Of a stretch of 53,321 bases of DNA, positions 1 through 12,659 are shown in pieces. Each line of letters starts with the position of its first letter. The first letter of the stretch is position 1. The position numbers were made by a program, and so were the translations under genes. The stretch spans positions 82,395 to 135,715 of the forward strand of contig NW_018404544.1 in NCBI RefSeq assembly GCF_002113885.1, read 5' to 3'. Origin of the DNA: Mizuhopecten yessoensis (lineage: Eukaryota). The notes below the pieces were generated by a model. That model made no database searches, had not been told where the DNA came from, and saw nothing but the letters and a program-made list of their open reading frames with translations.

Positions 1-77
1 CCTTAAAGCTTCCTCATATTTGTCTAAAGATGCATAAGCATGTGATCGGTTGCTCAGTAAAAGGTGATCGTTTGGTG
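1..77 (-). CDS. LONRF: LONRF-family gene, coding exon 2 (runs off window start)
   Basis: Acceptor ttttgtgcttcag at 78-90. Phase-1 join with exon 1 gives A-PNDHLLLSNRSHAYASLDKYEEALR, a TPR segment. Confidence 0.85.
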
Positions 78-356
78 CTGAAGCACAAAACATAAAACAT
101 ATGTAATTATAAGCACATATAATACTAAACATAAAATTATAGGTTCATGTTGTAAGTATTTAAGAATTCAATATATCCATATATGTACATACAAACAAAT
201 TTCAAGCTGGGAAAACATGTTTTCGTAAAAAGGTAATAGTTTCCCTGTATCAATCTGTCAATTACATAGGAATGCTAGTCGTTTCGGGACATGACACAAG
301 ATGTTTCGGGACATATATAATTTTCAATTACAAATTACATTTTGCTCCCGTTTCAT

Positions 357-481
357 ATAAGGTCCTGTAAATACACAAGTATGGTTTTATTCTATGACCT
401 GTGTCACGACTTTACCCATTATAAGGTCCTGTAAATACACAAGTATGGTTTTATTCTATGACCTGTGTCACGACTTACCCA
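357..481. repeat. ~64-bp direct tandem duplication
   Basis: ataaggtcctgtaaatacacaagtatgg...cacgactt occurs twice in tandem. Confidence 0.85.
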
Positions 482-984
482 TACTTGGGATCATTAATTA
501 GTGTAACCAGATTGCGTGCTTGAGGGGATACCTGCCAACATTTACACGATTGACATCGTGTTGTTCCTGGTGAAACTAATCTCATCATCAAAAACAGATC
601 TAGAGGAACAATTATGAAATTCACATTCAATTTCTTTCATTATTGATAGGTTGATTCCTTGTTTTAGTAATAATGTTCTAGTTCTAGCATATAGTGACCA
701 CCTTCAACCAACTGAAGATTTTGTCACGAAGTTGGGTTTATGCAGCACAAATGACAGACTATATATATTACATAATAATTAATAATTTATCAATAAAGTT
801 AAAGTTAAGAGAAGGAAAATTTAGTTCGAGGAGAGTCCGAGAGAGAGGTCCGAGCAAGCCAGTGATTGGGCAGCCCCAACCGACAAAGCTTGTTCAGAAA
901 AGGGGGGAAAAGAAGAGAAGTGGTAAATTATTATGTAAAGTCTGTTTAAGTAACTAATTACTCTGCATCTTCAATTTTATAGGT

Positions 985-1185
985 GTACCAGCTGGAAAGA
1001 GATGTTTTGAAAGAGTTGAAAGTGGGTGCATGAACGATGTCCGATGGTAATTTGTTCCAGTCTAGTATGGTACGAGGAAAAAATAATTGTTGTCTAGTGA
1101 GTGTTTTCGAGCATTGCTGCTGGTATTGGACCTGATGGGAATTTCTAGGAATTCTTCTCAGCCAGGCTCGGTGCATCCTGTCAGT
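985..1185 (-). mobile_element. CR1/L2-group LINE 3' fragment in LONRF intron 1
   Basis: Translation FFPRTILDWNKLPSDIVHAPTFNSFK is the typical ORF2 C-terminal motif. Confidence 0.7.
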
Positions 1186-1751
1186 CGTGGATATAGGGTA
1201 CATTGATTCTAACAATGTTTTAAGCAATTTATTTTTGCTATATTGAAATTAAATTTCATGAAAGTAAAAACGTGAAACACATACTAACATAGAATATGTT
1301 TTAGACATGAGAATCAATTCATCAAATTCAACAATACATTTTGAACGGTGTTTTTATGTTGTGTAAAGAAAATAGACAATGGTAGGGCCTATAGATCTTA
1401 CAGAAAACATAATTCCGAAACGACTTTTTACATGTCCCGAAACGACTTGACACCTTACATAGAACATAATGTAAAGGCATTTCTTTATTATTTCGTTATT
1501 TTGTTTTTACATTTTTACAAATTTCGTTTCATCCGCGAAGAAATGGAAAGGATTGGAAAGATTACATTTTTCATAGCAACACTTTCGGACTTAGGCAAGT
1601 CTGAATACGTGCGTGTTTACAAATTACCGGAAGTTGACACATTATGTAAGCTTTTAACTTCCGGTTTATGAATTCTCTTATGAAACAGGTTATTTTATGG
1701 GTTAGCGATATAAATAAAAATGAAGAAAAGTATGAATTAAAAAATACATAC

Positions 1752-2340
1752 CTAATAAAATGGCTTTGTTATAAAGGTTAATTGCCTTTTCAAATTCTCT
1801 TCTCTCAAAGAAGATATTCCCTTCCGATTTCAATCGCAGTGCCTCGCACTCCGATGGAAACCACACGTCGATCACCTGTTTCAAAAGTACATTTGTCTTG
1901 ATAGACGACACATTAACGAAATGATTTGCTTTCCCACATCTTTTGCAGATTTTTGATTGGTCCCTTTCTACACATTTTCGACAAAATGTATGACCACAGG
2001 GAATTGTAACAGGGTCGCTGAGTAATCCTCTACATAAAACACAGGTGAATATACAGTTTTTGTTCATCATCGCGTCTTCCACTACAGAGTCTTGTTTGAC
2101 AGCCTCCACAAGGGCTGTAACTAAATGTTTTAATACTCCTGGTCGTATGGAGTTTGTCAGTCTAAAAGCACTGCAGTAAGATTCGAATGCCCTTTCAAAC
2201 TGGCCACTTCGAGCAAAACTGTCAGCTAGTCCAAAGTACAAATCAGATGACGGGCCATGCTCCCTGATTGTTCTCTCATATACATCCACGGCTAGTTCAA
2301 AATTATTTGTGTTGAATGCTTGCCTGGCAAGATCAACCAT
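1752..2340 (-). CDS. LONRF: LON peptidase N-terminal domain and RING finger protein, coding exon 1 (TPR + RING + TPR start)
   Basis: TPR-like N-terminus, C3HC4 RING (CVLC..PVTIPCGHTFCRKC..CKRC), then LRLKSEGNIFF TPR. Donor G|GTATGT at 1752/1751. Confidence 0.88.
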
Positions 2341-2450
2341 TTTGATGGTCTGCTTAGATAATAACTTCTACATATATAACTAAGGACACATGTGTGTGAG
2401 AACAGTGGTGATGTGCCTTGTATAACTGTCATATGACCTCATGCTCCAAT

Positions 2451-2461
2451 CTGATTGGCTA
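2451..2461 (-). promoter_or_regulatory. CCAAT box upstream of LONRF
   Basis: ctgattggcta = TAGCCAATCAG on the minus strand, ~115 bp upstream of the ATG. Confidence 0.45.
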
Positions 2462-2699
2462 ATAAAATCCTATTCGTGGGGTGGGGGGTCATCGTTCGAC
2501 CTCACAGTGCACTCTTTTTACATAATTGTCACAGTTATGAAAGAAACATCATATAAATTGTCCTTTGTGCGTTGATACAGCAAACCTGTTATATTTAGCC
2601 ATTTAATGTTAACAGGGTTATATAATCTTTATGTGTGTGATTTATAAATGTTTCTGTTCGCTAATATGATATACTTTATAAATGGTGTATCCAATTATA

Positions 2700-4090
2700 G
2701 TAAGTAAAATATTGACCTCTGTGTAACTTTTGCAGTTAATTTTGTAACCAACTACAATGTATTTTAGATTTTGCATATTTACTGTATGATGATCCAACAC
2801 CTTTAAATAGTTTTGTTATTCGTGCCCAATATATACTCAAATAGTCACATTCAATAAAGTAATGTCTATAATCCTCTGTGACATTACAAATGTTACATAA
2901 ATTATTATCCTCGATTTTCCACTGATTTAGCAGTACTTTATTTGGTAATATGTTTTGAAAGAGTTTCCATCTATACATTTTATGACGGTTATCTTTCAGA
3001 TTATAAAATATAAATTGAGGCAAATCATTAAAAAGTTGTGATCCTTCTATGTTCAGTACTCTCTTCCACTTTTCAATGGAGTGTGTTTTTATACACTTTT
3101 TTGCTATAAATGCATTGTACAAAAATGTGTTATTAATAGTTTCTATCTGTTTATACTGTTTTCCATCATATATTAGAAACCCTTTGCTACATTTTACCTG
3201 TGTGAATCTTGATTCATTTGTTTTTAATAAATCTAACCACGTTTTTGGTATTGCATTTTTTAAAGTGTTTAATTCACTTATCCAATTTCTAGTATCTTGT
3301 AATTTATTCAATATGTTTTGTTCGTCTTTTTCCCCGTGTCTATTAATAATATCATCGATTGTTATTATGTTACTATCAGCCCAGTGTTTGTAAACAAGTG
3401 ATTTTCCTTTGAATTTTATATTGCTGTTGCCCCAGATAACTTCCTTTCTTACATCATAAAATGTTTTACAATTTCGTTTCAATCCCCCTCCTAGCCATAT
3501 TCACGCCTCTAACATATCAATGTAAAAATCAGATATATCAGTTTTCCCAAGATTTGTTATTTTACCGATGTTCATTTTAAAAATGAGATATTTTTTTCCA
3601 TATCTATCAAACATTTTTTCCGGTAATGATTTCCAATTTGCTTCACTGCCATCAATTAATCTTTTCACCCACCCCACTCAACATATCTATATGTGACTGA
3701 ATATCTCTGATTTTCAGCCCGCCCTGTTCATACGTTCCTATCATCGTTTTTCTCTTCACCTTTTCACTACCTTCCCATATAAACCCAAAGACCTTTTGCT
3801 CTAATTCAATTATTTGACTCTTTGATATTACTTGCATATTTGCTAAATATGTTATTTTTGGAATTAAAAGAGTTTGTACTATAACCGATTTTCCGATGAA
3901 AGTGAGTTTTCTTTTTTTCCAATTTTTAAGCATTTCATCCATTGTTGTCTTTTTACTTTCCCAATTCAAATTATTACAGACTTTTGTATTTGTCCCAAAG
4001 TATATTCCAAGTGATTTAATTTCCGTTTTCCATTTAATCCCCTCGTAATGTTTTCCTTTTCTTTTATTGCTACCCAACCATAAGCCCTCA
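2700..4090 (-). mobile_element. Tx1/L1-like LINE, 5'-truncated, broken ORF2
   Basis: IKSLGIYF, WKKRKLTFIGKSVIV..LLIPKITY, GGLK, IWGNSNI and CNICNVTEDYRHYFIEC (zf-RVT) are spread over two broken ORFs. Confidence 0.85.
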
Positions 4091-4600
4091 GTATATATAG
4101 TCATTATAAACATGTTTTTAATTATGATACCATACAGTGCAAGTCTGCAGCATACACCAAACACACTCCCACAAATAAATAAACTACTAGCATTGATGTC
4201 ATAACATTAAAAATACACTGTTTCCACATAAAGAAAATTAACGCTTAAATTTTACCTCTGATATAATTCCTATAAAAATGTACAATTTCATATTGTAAAC
4301 TAAATATAGATATATATGGCAGATTTAAATTATATGACTGTGCAGACGCCTTCTAGCTTCGCACTAGATGAAAAACATTTTGGGCTCTGTGGAATAGACA
4401 TACATATATAGAATTTCACTTCGAAAGCTCGTGAGTTCACTCACTCAGAGCAGCTGAATGACAATGACAACTTTTTATTCTCGTAAACTGGTTACAGCGT
4501 AGAGATTTACATTTACATATATATATATATAGAACAGTGAATCATGGTGTTAATGGACAGTGTTCGTTGTTGTGGTGCTCCGAGACGAACACATTTAAAA

Positions 4601-5845
4601 ACAAGAGGCCCAGAGGGCCTGTATCGCTCACCTGAATGTGTTTAAAATAATTGTTATGAATTAAAGATATAGCACTCAATGGTAGGTGCTGTAAGTACAT
4701 GTGAAATTTCAGAAAGATCAATCCAGTACTTGAGATATAGCGAAAACAAACTTCAAACAGAGCCCCACCCCTATGCCCCTAGGGGTTCATACCCACTGTT
4801 TATACAAAATTAAGTCCCCTTGGCCCAAGGATGCTCCAGACTAAATTAGGATAAAATCCCTTAATCCCTATGGTAGAAGAAGGATTTTAAAGATTTTACC
4901 TCTAATTCCCCTATTGGGCCCGCCTCTCTGCTTCCAGGGGGGTTAGACACACCATTTATACAAAATTGGTTCCCCTTCACCCAAGGATGCTTCATACCAA
5001 ATTTGGACAAAATCCTGTCATTCGTACAGAAGAAGAAGGTTTTTGAAGAATTTGCTATGTTTTCCTTAATGGGCCCCGCCAATCTGCCCCCTTGGAGACC
5101 ACACCCACTGCCTATACAAAATTGAGTCCCCTTGGCCATAGGATCCTCCAGACCAAATTAGGATAAAATCCCTTAATCCCGATGGTCGAAGAAGGATTTT
5201 AAAAGTTTTACCTCTATTTCCCCTATTGGGTCTGCCCCTGAGGTCCCAGGGGGACACACCCATTATTTATACAAAATTTGTTCCCTTTTACCAGAGGATA
5301 CTCCACACAAAACATTGACCAAATCCTTTCATTCCGACAGAAGAATAAGAATTTTAAAGAATAATTTGCTATGTTTTCCCTATTGGACCCGCCCCTAAGG
5401 CCCCTGGGGGGCCAGACCCCCAGTTTATACAAAATTGGTTCCTCTTCCCTCAAGGATGCTTCTGACCAAATATGGAACAAATCCTTTCATTCCTACAGAA
5501 GGACAAGGATTTTAAAGAATTTGCTATATTTCCCCTATTGGGCCCTGCCCCTCAGCCCCCAGGGGGGCCACACCCACCATTTATACAAAATTGGTTCCCC
5601 TTCACCCAAGAATGCTTCAGACCAAATATGGGCCAAATCCTTTCATTTCTACAGAATGAGAAGGATTTTAAAGAATTTGCTATGTTTCTCCTATTGGGGC
5701 ACGCCCCTCAGGCCCCTGGGTGGCCAGACCCACGGTTTATACAAAATTGGTTCCCATCCACCCAAGGATGATTCAGACTTAATATGGAACAAATGCTTTC
5801 ATTCCTACATAAGAAGAAGGATTTTAAAGAATTTGCTATATTTCT
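4601..5845 (+). mobile_element. Helentron/HINE-like non-autonomous element with internal ~180-bp tandem units
   Basis: End motif acaagaggcccagagggcctgtatcgctcacctg (hairpin + subTIR). Repeated units ttatacaaaattggttcccc...gaaggattttaaagaatttgctat. Right end interrupted by a SINE. Confidence 0.7.
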
Positions 5846-6148
5846 GGCCTGCAGTAGTTGAGCGTTCGCCCCTGTGAGAAAGGCTTTGGGTTCTTTCCCC
5901 GAGACATACCAGAGTCTGTAAATTTACGCTCAGCAATTTAGGAGTGGGACGACTGGTTCGCCCAGTGTCAGTATTATGTGACCGGATGGGGTGTTTCAGT
6001 GAGGTAGCACTATAAGTCGTCATCAGTTCGGCGCTATCACAAGGAGACAAACACGAACATATCGCAGCCGCCAAAAACACACACGGATACACTACACGCA
6101 TGCATCTTGCACATAGGACATTTAACAATGCTAAACCAAACCAAACCA
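5846..6148 (+). mobile_element. tRNA-derived SINE with Meta-like central domain
   Basis: Degenerate tRNA head, central cgctcagca..gactggtt..cagtgaggtagcactataa, (AAACC)n tail. Confidence 0.65.
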
Positions 6149-6298
6149 ATTAGCCCCAAAAATCCATAACACCCCATCTATTTCGCCCGAAAAAACTACA
6201 ACGCCCCAAAAAATTCTTTCATGAAAGTCATTTATTTGACAAATTTTAAAGTGAAATATCTACCTTTTATTAAATATTCGTAAAGATAAAAAAATAAA

Positions 6299-7703
6299 AC
6301 AAGAGGCCCAAGAGGGCCTGTATCGCTCACCTGAATATTTAAGCAGTCATAGCAAAATATTCTCATTAAATATTATATTGCACTAAAAATATTTCCCTCG
6401 CAAACTTTGTTGGCTCCATCTGTTAAAACTACGAGCAAAATATTATTATAAGATTCTATGCTTTTTGATTCTTCTTCAGAAGTTGCTCGACATATTTTTC
6501 CCTGTGACCTTGTAAGTAGGTCAATGTCATTTTCCTTTTCCAATTGGTTAGCTCTATTCCTTAAAGCTTCTATATTATATATTATAATTGTATGCCTTTT
6601 TATTCTTCAGAAGAAGTAGTTTGAACTATTTGACATATTTGATTGCTGTGACCATGAAAGTAAGTCAAGGTCGATTTCATTCACAAACTTTGTTTGGCTC
6701 TATCCCAGGAAGCCATCAATCAAATATAAAGATTCTATACCTTCAAGTTCTTCAGAAGAAGTCGTTTGAAGCATTTGACATATTTGACCCCTGTGACCTT
6801 GAAAGAAGGTCAAACTAATTTTCATTCTCAAACTTTGTTGGACTCTATCCAAGGAAGCCACCAGCCAAATATAAAGATTCTATACCTTTCAGTTNNNNNN
6901 NNNNNNNNNNNNNNNNNNNNNNNNNNNNNNNNNNNNNNNNNNNNNNNNNNNNNNNNNNNNNNNNNNNNNNNNNNNNNNNNNNNNNNNNNNNNNNNNNNNN
7001 NNNNNNNNNNNNNNNNNNNNNNNNNNNNNNNNNNNNNNNNNNNNNNNNNNNNNNNNNNNNNNNNNNNNNNNNNNNNNNNNNNNNNNNNNNNNNNNNNNNN
7101 NNNNNNNNNNNNNNNNNNNNNNNNNNNNNNNNNNNNNNNNNNNNNNNNNNNNNNNNNNNNNNNNNNNNNNNNNNNNNNNNNNNNNNNNNNNNNNNNNNNN
7201 NNNNNNCCTGTGACCTTGAAAGAAGGTCAAGGTCATTTTCATTCTCAAACTGTGTCGGGCTCTATCCGAGGAGGCCATCAATGAAAAATAAAGATTCTAC
7301 ATCTTTCAGTTCTTCAGAAGAAGTCTTTTGAAGCTTTTGACACATTTGACTCCTGTGACCTTGAAAGAAGGTCAAGGTAATTTTCATTCTCAAACTTTGT
7401 TGGGCTCCATCCCAGGAAGCCATCAGCCAAATATGAAGATTCTATACCTTTTAGTTCTTCAGAAGAAGTCGTTTGAAGTTTTTGACATATTTGACCCCTG
7501 TGACCTTGAAAACAGGTCAAGGTCATTTTCGTTCTCAAACTTTGTAGGGCTCCTACCAACGAAGCTTTCAGCCAAATATCATGACTCTAGGCCTGTCCGT
7601 TCTTCAGAAGAAGTTGTTTAAAGGAAAAGTTGACGGACGAGGACGGACGACGGACGCCGCGCCACGGCATAAGCTCACTTGGCACTTCGTGCCAGGTGAG
7701 CTA
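6299..7703 (+). mobile_element. Two-ended HINE-like element spanning the first gap
   Basis: acaagaggcccaagagggcct..gctcacctg at left. Internal cctgtgaccttga units, GACG microsatellite and caggtgagct at right (subTIR pair). Confidence 0.75.
6895..7206. other. Assembly gap
   Basis: Run of N. Confidence 1.
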
Positions 7704-8657
7704 AAAATCAGATCTGTTGCAATTCGTTTGATGTTTATGACAGAATTATTGTGCCGTAGATCGATAACTTACCATATCTATAGTATGTATGTTTGGCATG
7801 TATTTCTATATTTTAGATAATATAATAAGTGTATTTTAAAGATAATTAGATTGTATACACGCGTGCCGTCGATCGAAAAAAAAAATCATTTTGTTACATG
7901 TGTTGCAAAAGAGAGTGTGTACTTATATTTGTATATAGATCTACTTCTTTTTCCACATGAGTATTATTTTTATTTTTATTAACAAATTTAAAAAAAATAA
8001 CTATAAAAAATCAATCGTGCTCTGCCAAGTAACATTCTACTGGAGACGTATAATAGCTGATATTTATGCTGATACCACAAATGTTAAGGATAAGAACACT
8101 ATGTTTGCTTCTTAACTGATGAAGTCCGGGCAAAAATGCTTATTATGTAATGGAACATAAATCGGCATATCTTTTATTTTTCACAAATTGACTGACGATC
8201 TCTTTCATCAATTCGCAAACTGATAACTCATCCAAACAAAAATATTCTAAAAACCATTACATGAAAATTAAAACAAAAGTGAATGCCAATTGAGTGAAAC
8301 TGGCAATAATTACTGCCACTTTCATACGATCAGGACTCGTTCAATATAGGTTCGTAGCGGTTGTGGCGGTAAATAATTTTGGGGCGTTATGGTTGTCATA
8401 CTTTGGGCGAAATGAACTGAAAATTGGGGAGATGTAAAATAAAGTTGGGGCGTGATCTTGGGCGAAACGGTTTTAGGGCAAAACGTCTGTAATTCAAAAT
8501 AATACCATACTATAGGCTGTGACACCACCGAACTGTCGCCGAGCTTTATTTATTCTCCGTAACTTTAAGTCATTTAGGGTTTACCAGAGACGTATATATA
8601 TGTAATACATTATTCACTTCGTGGACATTTTGAAATGCTTCCTATATTTATTATTTT

Positions 8658-9990
8658 CGTTGAAGAGTTCAAGGTAGCAAAATGCAGGCTGGTGATGACT
8701 CTGAGGGACTCCAAAGACGTGAAAATCAGCGAGGCAGGGATACAGACAAGAACAGGGAGAAAGTGGTCAGCAGGCACTGCAGTTGGTGAAGCAGAGAGTA
8801 TGCTCGAGTTGAAGGATATCATCGGGAATACCTGCGTCGGAAGACAAGGAGTTGGCTTCTCTCATTTCCAGCAGTGGGAGAAAGCAAATACCCAAGAAAG
8901 ACGGCAAATGGTGCAGAAAGAAATCAGAAGGATTGAGGAGGAAAGGAGGAGAGGGAAATCTGTAGAACTCAGCAAACAGGGTGCGTGGACCAGATGGAAT
9001 CTCCCAGAGAGGAAGATGACGTGGGCTGAAATATGGAGAATGGAGCCCTTCCGGATATCATTTCTGCTACGATCCGTGTATGACACGCTACCATCTCCTG
9101 TTAACCTGCATCAGTGGGGATTGACGGAGGATCCTTGCTGCAAGCTATGCGGAGGAAGAGGAACAATGGCTCATATCTTGTCTGGTTGCAAAGAAGCACT
9201 ACGACAGGGTAGATACCGATGGAGGCACGACAACGTCTTGCGGGTCCTAGCGGATATCCTTGAAGTGGAGAGAAGGAAGAAAAGAACTGGTGTAAGAACA
9301 AACCAGGCTGGTATCAAGTTTGTGAAACCAGGGGAGAAAGCCACAGTGAAGCCTCGAAGCACCTCATCCATCTTTGAACGGGCGTCAACATGGGAGATGA
9401 AGGTTGACCTTGACAGGAAGCTTGTGTTTCCAGGAATAGTGGAAACAACACTGAGGCCTGACATGGTAATCTGGACAGAGCAATCCAGACACCTCATCGC
9501 CATAGAGCTCACCGTACCATGGGAGGAAGGCTGCGAGGAAGCTCACGAGAGGAAGAAAGCCAAGTATGATGAGCTGATGGAAAAGTGCAGGAGCAGAGGA
9601 TGGACAGTATGGCTCTTTCCAGTGGAGGTTGGCTGTAGAGGTTTCCCCGCACAGTCAGTGTGGAGGACACTACGGTCAATAGGACTCACTGGGAGGGCAA
9701 GAGCTACCGCCATCAGACGATTGGGAGAAGCTGCAGAGAGAGCATCGTGCTGGCTATGGCACAAACGAGATGAGCCGATGTGGAAGCCGACATAGACGAG
9801 TAGTGGTTTGGCCACCACTACTGACCCACCAGCCGGAGGATGTAGTGATTAAGGGTCGAAACATCTGAAGAGGGCTGGCCATCACCTGATAACGTCAAAT
9901 GAGGCTTCGCGACTAGAATGACAGCAGTGACGGACTACAAGTCAAGGATGTCACAAGATGCAGAATCACCATCATCTGTAAGCAATCATT
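8658..9990 (+). mobile_element. 5'-truncated RLE-type non-LTR retrotransposon (Hero-like)
   Basis: Open frame to stop at 9795. CKLC..HILSGC zinc knuckle, WRHDNVL, RPDMV, IELTVPWE, KKAKY restriction-like endonuclease. Sharp GC rise near 8658. RT domain absent; 3' end approximate. Confidence 0.85.
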
Positions 9991-10219
9991 ATCACATTAT
10001 TAACACTACCTGGCATCACTGCCTGTACATGTTTTGATTCATACATGCTCTGCGGGAGTATCACCTTTATTATCAGCTGACCAAAATAGAACACTTTTCC
10101 TTCAATAGGAAAACAACATAACAGTTAACATCAACAGGCTTTCGTGCCATTGTAGTCGTCTGCTCCAGTCTCTCGGAACTCAACAACAACAACACCATAA
10201 TGTGAGAATATCTCGTATA

Positions 10220-10612
10220 TATAACAGTGTTAGTGTAGCGGAGATGGACTGGGTCGACCATCGCCGACCAAATAGCTCAACGGGTAGAGGGTTAGTATAG
10301 AGTTCGGAGGGTCTTGGGTTTGAACTCCGCCCCGGCTGTGTCTTTCTCTTTCTCCTGTTACAAAATTGATGAGCTTGGCCAACCATTATTTCCAAGCACT
10401 GGGTGAATGTGTGACAAGGACATACCCGAATCTGGGTTGTGAATAGTTGTGTCTTAAGGGGGCGAGACTGAGAAAAAGAAATGTAGCAGAACTGGACTTG
10501 ATCGATCATCAGCGAACAAGTAGCTCAATATTGATAGAGCGTCCGTGTGGAGTTCGAAAGGTCCCGAGTTAGAACCCCAGTCCGGCAGTGCGTTTCTCTT
10601 TCTCCTGTTATA
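10220..10612 (+). mobile_element. Miniature non-autonomous LTR element with tRNA-like LTRs
   Basis: Two ~143-bp direct repeats with A-box TAGCTCAA and a B-box-like motif, both ending ctctttctcctgtta. Purine tract aagggggcgaga precedes repeat 2. Confidence 0.65.
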
Positions 10613-12147
10613 TCAGAATGTATAGCCAATCGACTCTCACTGACAACAGTACCGTTTTGTTTTGTGTTTTATCTGAAATGATACCAAACAAGGATGAAAT
10701 GGCAGATGATTTCTTTCCAATGATTACGAAATATAATGCTACTTATATATATGTATTATGAGTTACATATTTCAATTTCTGTGATGAGGACATGTCGATC
10801 AGGTGGGGAATTCAAAAGAAGCCATTCACATCTTCCTCCCTTTACATTTCCAATTAAAGGTCTGTCATTTTGGTCACCATAAAATATCCATGAAGACCAA
10901 ACAGATTACGATGTGCTCTGCACATGCTTTGTTGCAACAAGGAGGTCATCAGTCGCCATTTAGCGACAGACACAAGAAGATGACGTTCGTTTTCAGGTTG
11001 ATGATGATGATGATGGAAAGAAGATCGAGGAGGTTAGAGGAGGACAGAGACAGTACAGTAGGAATGATAGTCTTGCAACTTCATTTAGATAGAAGTGTGC
11101 TGCAGTTGACAGCAGGTATTCTTTCATTAAATTGAAGAAAACAGATTTCCTTTAACAAACGTTTCACTTTGTCATGGTTGTGATATTGTAAGAGAGTTTG
11201 ACCCAACAACCCGCATGCAATATTCCAATGAAACCAAAGAACCCTCTAGACCTGCGAAATAGCGGATTCGATTTCAGTGTGACATACCCTATAGGCTCTT
11301 TGCGTTTTATTTTCAAAGTAAAACCATCTTCATTTTCGAGAAGGTCGATGTCTCCAGAATCATCCTGTAATCCATCCTTGAGTTCCTTTCCATGAAATTA
11401 AATGATACAAAATTAATTAAAAACTTTGCTTTAACCACCAATAATGCTCATATGTACACACTTGTCACATTTTCGATTTCTACCACGTAGGGATCCTAAG
11501 ACCCCAGTGACTTTTCATCGGGAGCGAAGTTAATTTAAAAGGTTCTAGGAGAAAAAATTCGCACCACAGCTTTTTGAGTCTGTTCCCCAATATTTTTGTA
11601 GTTTCCCGTGGAATAAGTAATCTTTCCCGCGCATTCTCGAACAAAAGCTGGCGTGCACAATCTAGTTAGCGTATTTTACTTCCTATCCGATTCCTTGTTT
11701 GGTTTGTCTGCTAACGGACGCCACCATCACACCGTCAATTACGTCTTCAGCAGCAAACGTCCTTGCTATATGCAATAACAAGTTTATGATTTCTTCGATT
11801 GTATTGTCGCTGCCTGTAGCCTCCTCAATGTCCTTCCCTTCCTTGACATTATCCTGAAAACAAACATCATCTTCCTTCTTGCATCTGTTTGGTCCGAAGT
11901 GATTTGTATGGTGACCGATATAATGAACTACGAACTGTAGATATACAAGGAGGCAGACGTGGATAGGTTCCGTACTTCCCACATGGTCGGCACCACTTTT
12001 TGGACGTGACGGGATATTCGGAGGGAGCGGAATTCGTGTCCGCGGAAGAAGAATACATTTTGCATTTTTGTGGAATTAAAATAGCACATACATGTATGCT
12101 GCATGCATCATGATAAAAGATAGGGTAAACCATTCCAAATCTTCACT

Positions 12148-12458
12148 CAACATCCAGCACTGGTGGCAGTTAAACTATCAAGCTTCTGGGAAAGAACCAC
12201 GATACACAATCAACACCAACTCCAGCACTGGTGGCAGTTAAACTATCAAGCTACTGGGAAAGAACCACGATACACAATCAACACCAACACCAGCACTGGT
12301 GGCAGTTAAACTATCAAGCTTCTGGGAAAGAACCCCGATACACAATCAACCCCAACTCCAGCACTGGTGGCAGTTAAACTATCAAGCTTCTGGGAAAGAA
12401 CCACGATACACAGTCAACACCAACACCAGTACTGGTGGCATTTAAACTATCTAGCTTC
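12148..12458. repeat. 68-bp minisatellite, ~4.5 copies
   Basis: ccagcactggtggcagttaaactatcaagc.. at 12154, 12222, 12290, 12358. Confidence 0.95.
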
Positions 12459-12659
12459 CAATGACTTTTAATTCACCAGGAAGTGTATATAGGGTTAATT
12501 TTAACTATGGATTTTACTACTAATAATTTATCACATTTTCAAATGAAAATCGGATTATATGCAGATATGTTTTACAACTCTCTGTCTCAGTTTGTTTCAG
12601 AGACTTCTGTTTCCTCAGCCTAATTCAACAGCCACCATCATTTGTATTACTCTTGGATC

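Noticed and set aside
4861-5877. Overlapping ORFs in the GC-richer repeat
   Set aside because: They lie in HINE internal tandem units and show no protein motif.
6766-7284. ORFs spanning N runs (also 35595-36408)
   Set aside because: Artefacts of assembly gaps.
8110-8145. Hammerhead at CTGATGAAGTCCGGGC
   Set aside because: AAAA replaces the required GAAA, and stems I and III are not evident.
8862-9818. Minus-strand ORFs over the Hero-like element
   Set aside because: Antisense shadows of the plus-strand ORF.
9823-9880. Hammerhead in the Hero-like 3' UTR (GTA, GAAAC and CTGAAGA present)
   Set aside because: Motif order and pairings do not give hammerhead topology.
10263-10590. Two functional tRNA genes
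   Set aside because: Degenerate B boxes, no convincing cloverleaf, and embedded in longer direct repeats.
11846-12133. Selenoprotein-like read-through (EGR-TGA-CLFSG)
   Set aside because: No SECIS or selenoprotein motif recognised, and the codon-conserved frame in the paralogous segment is a different one.
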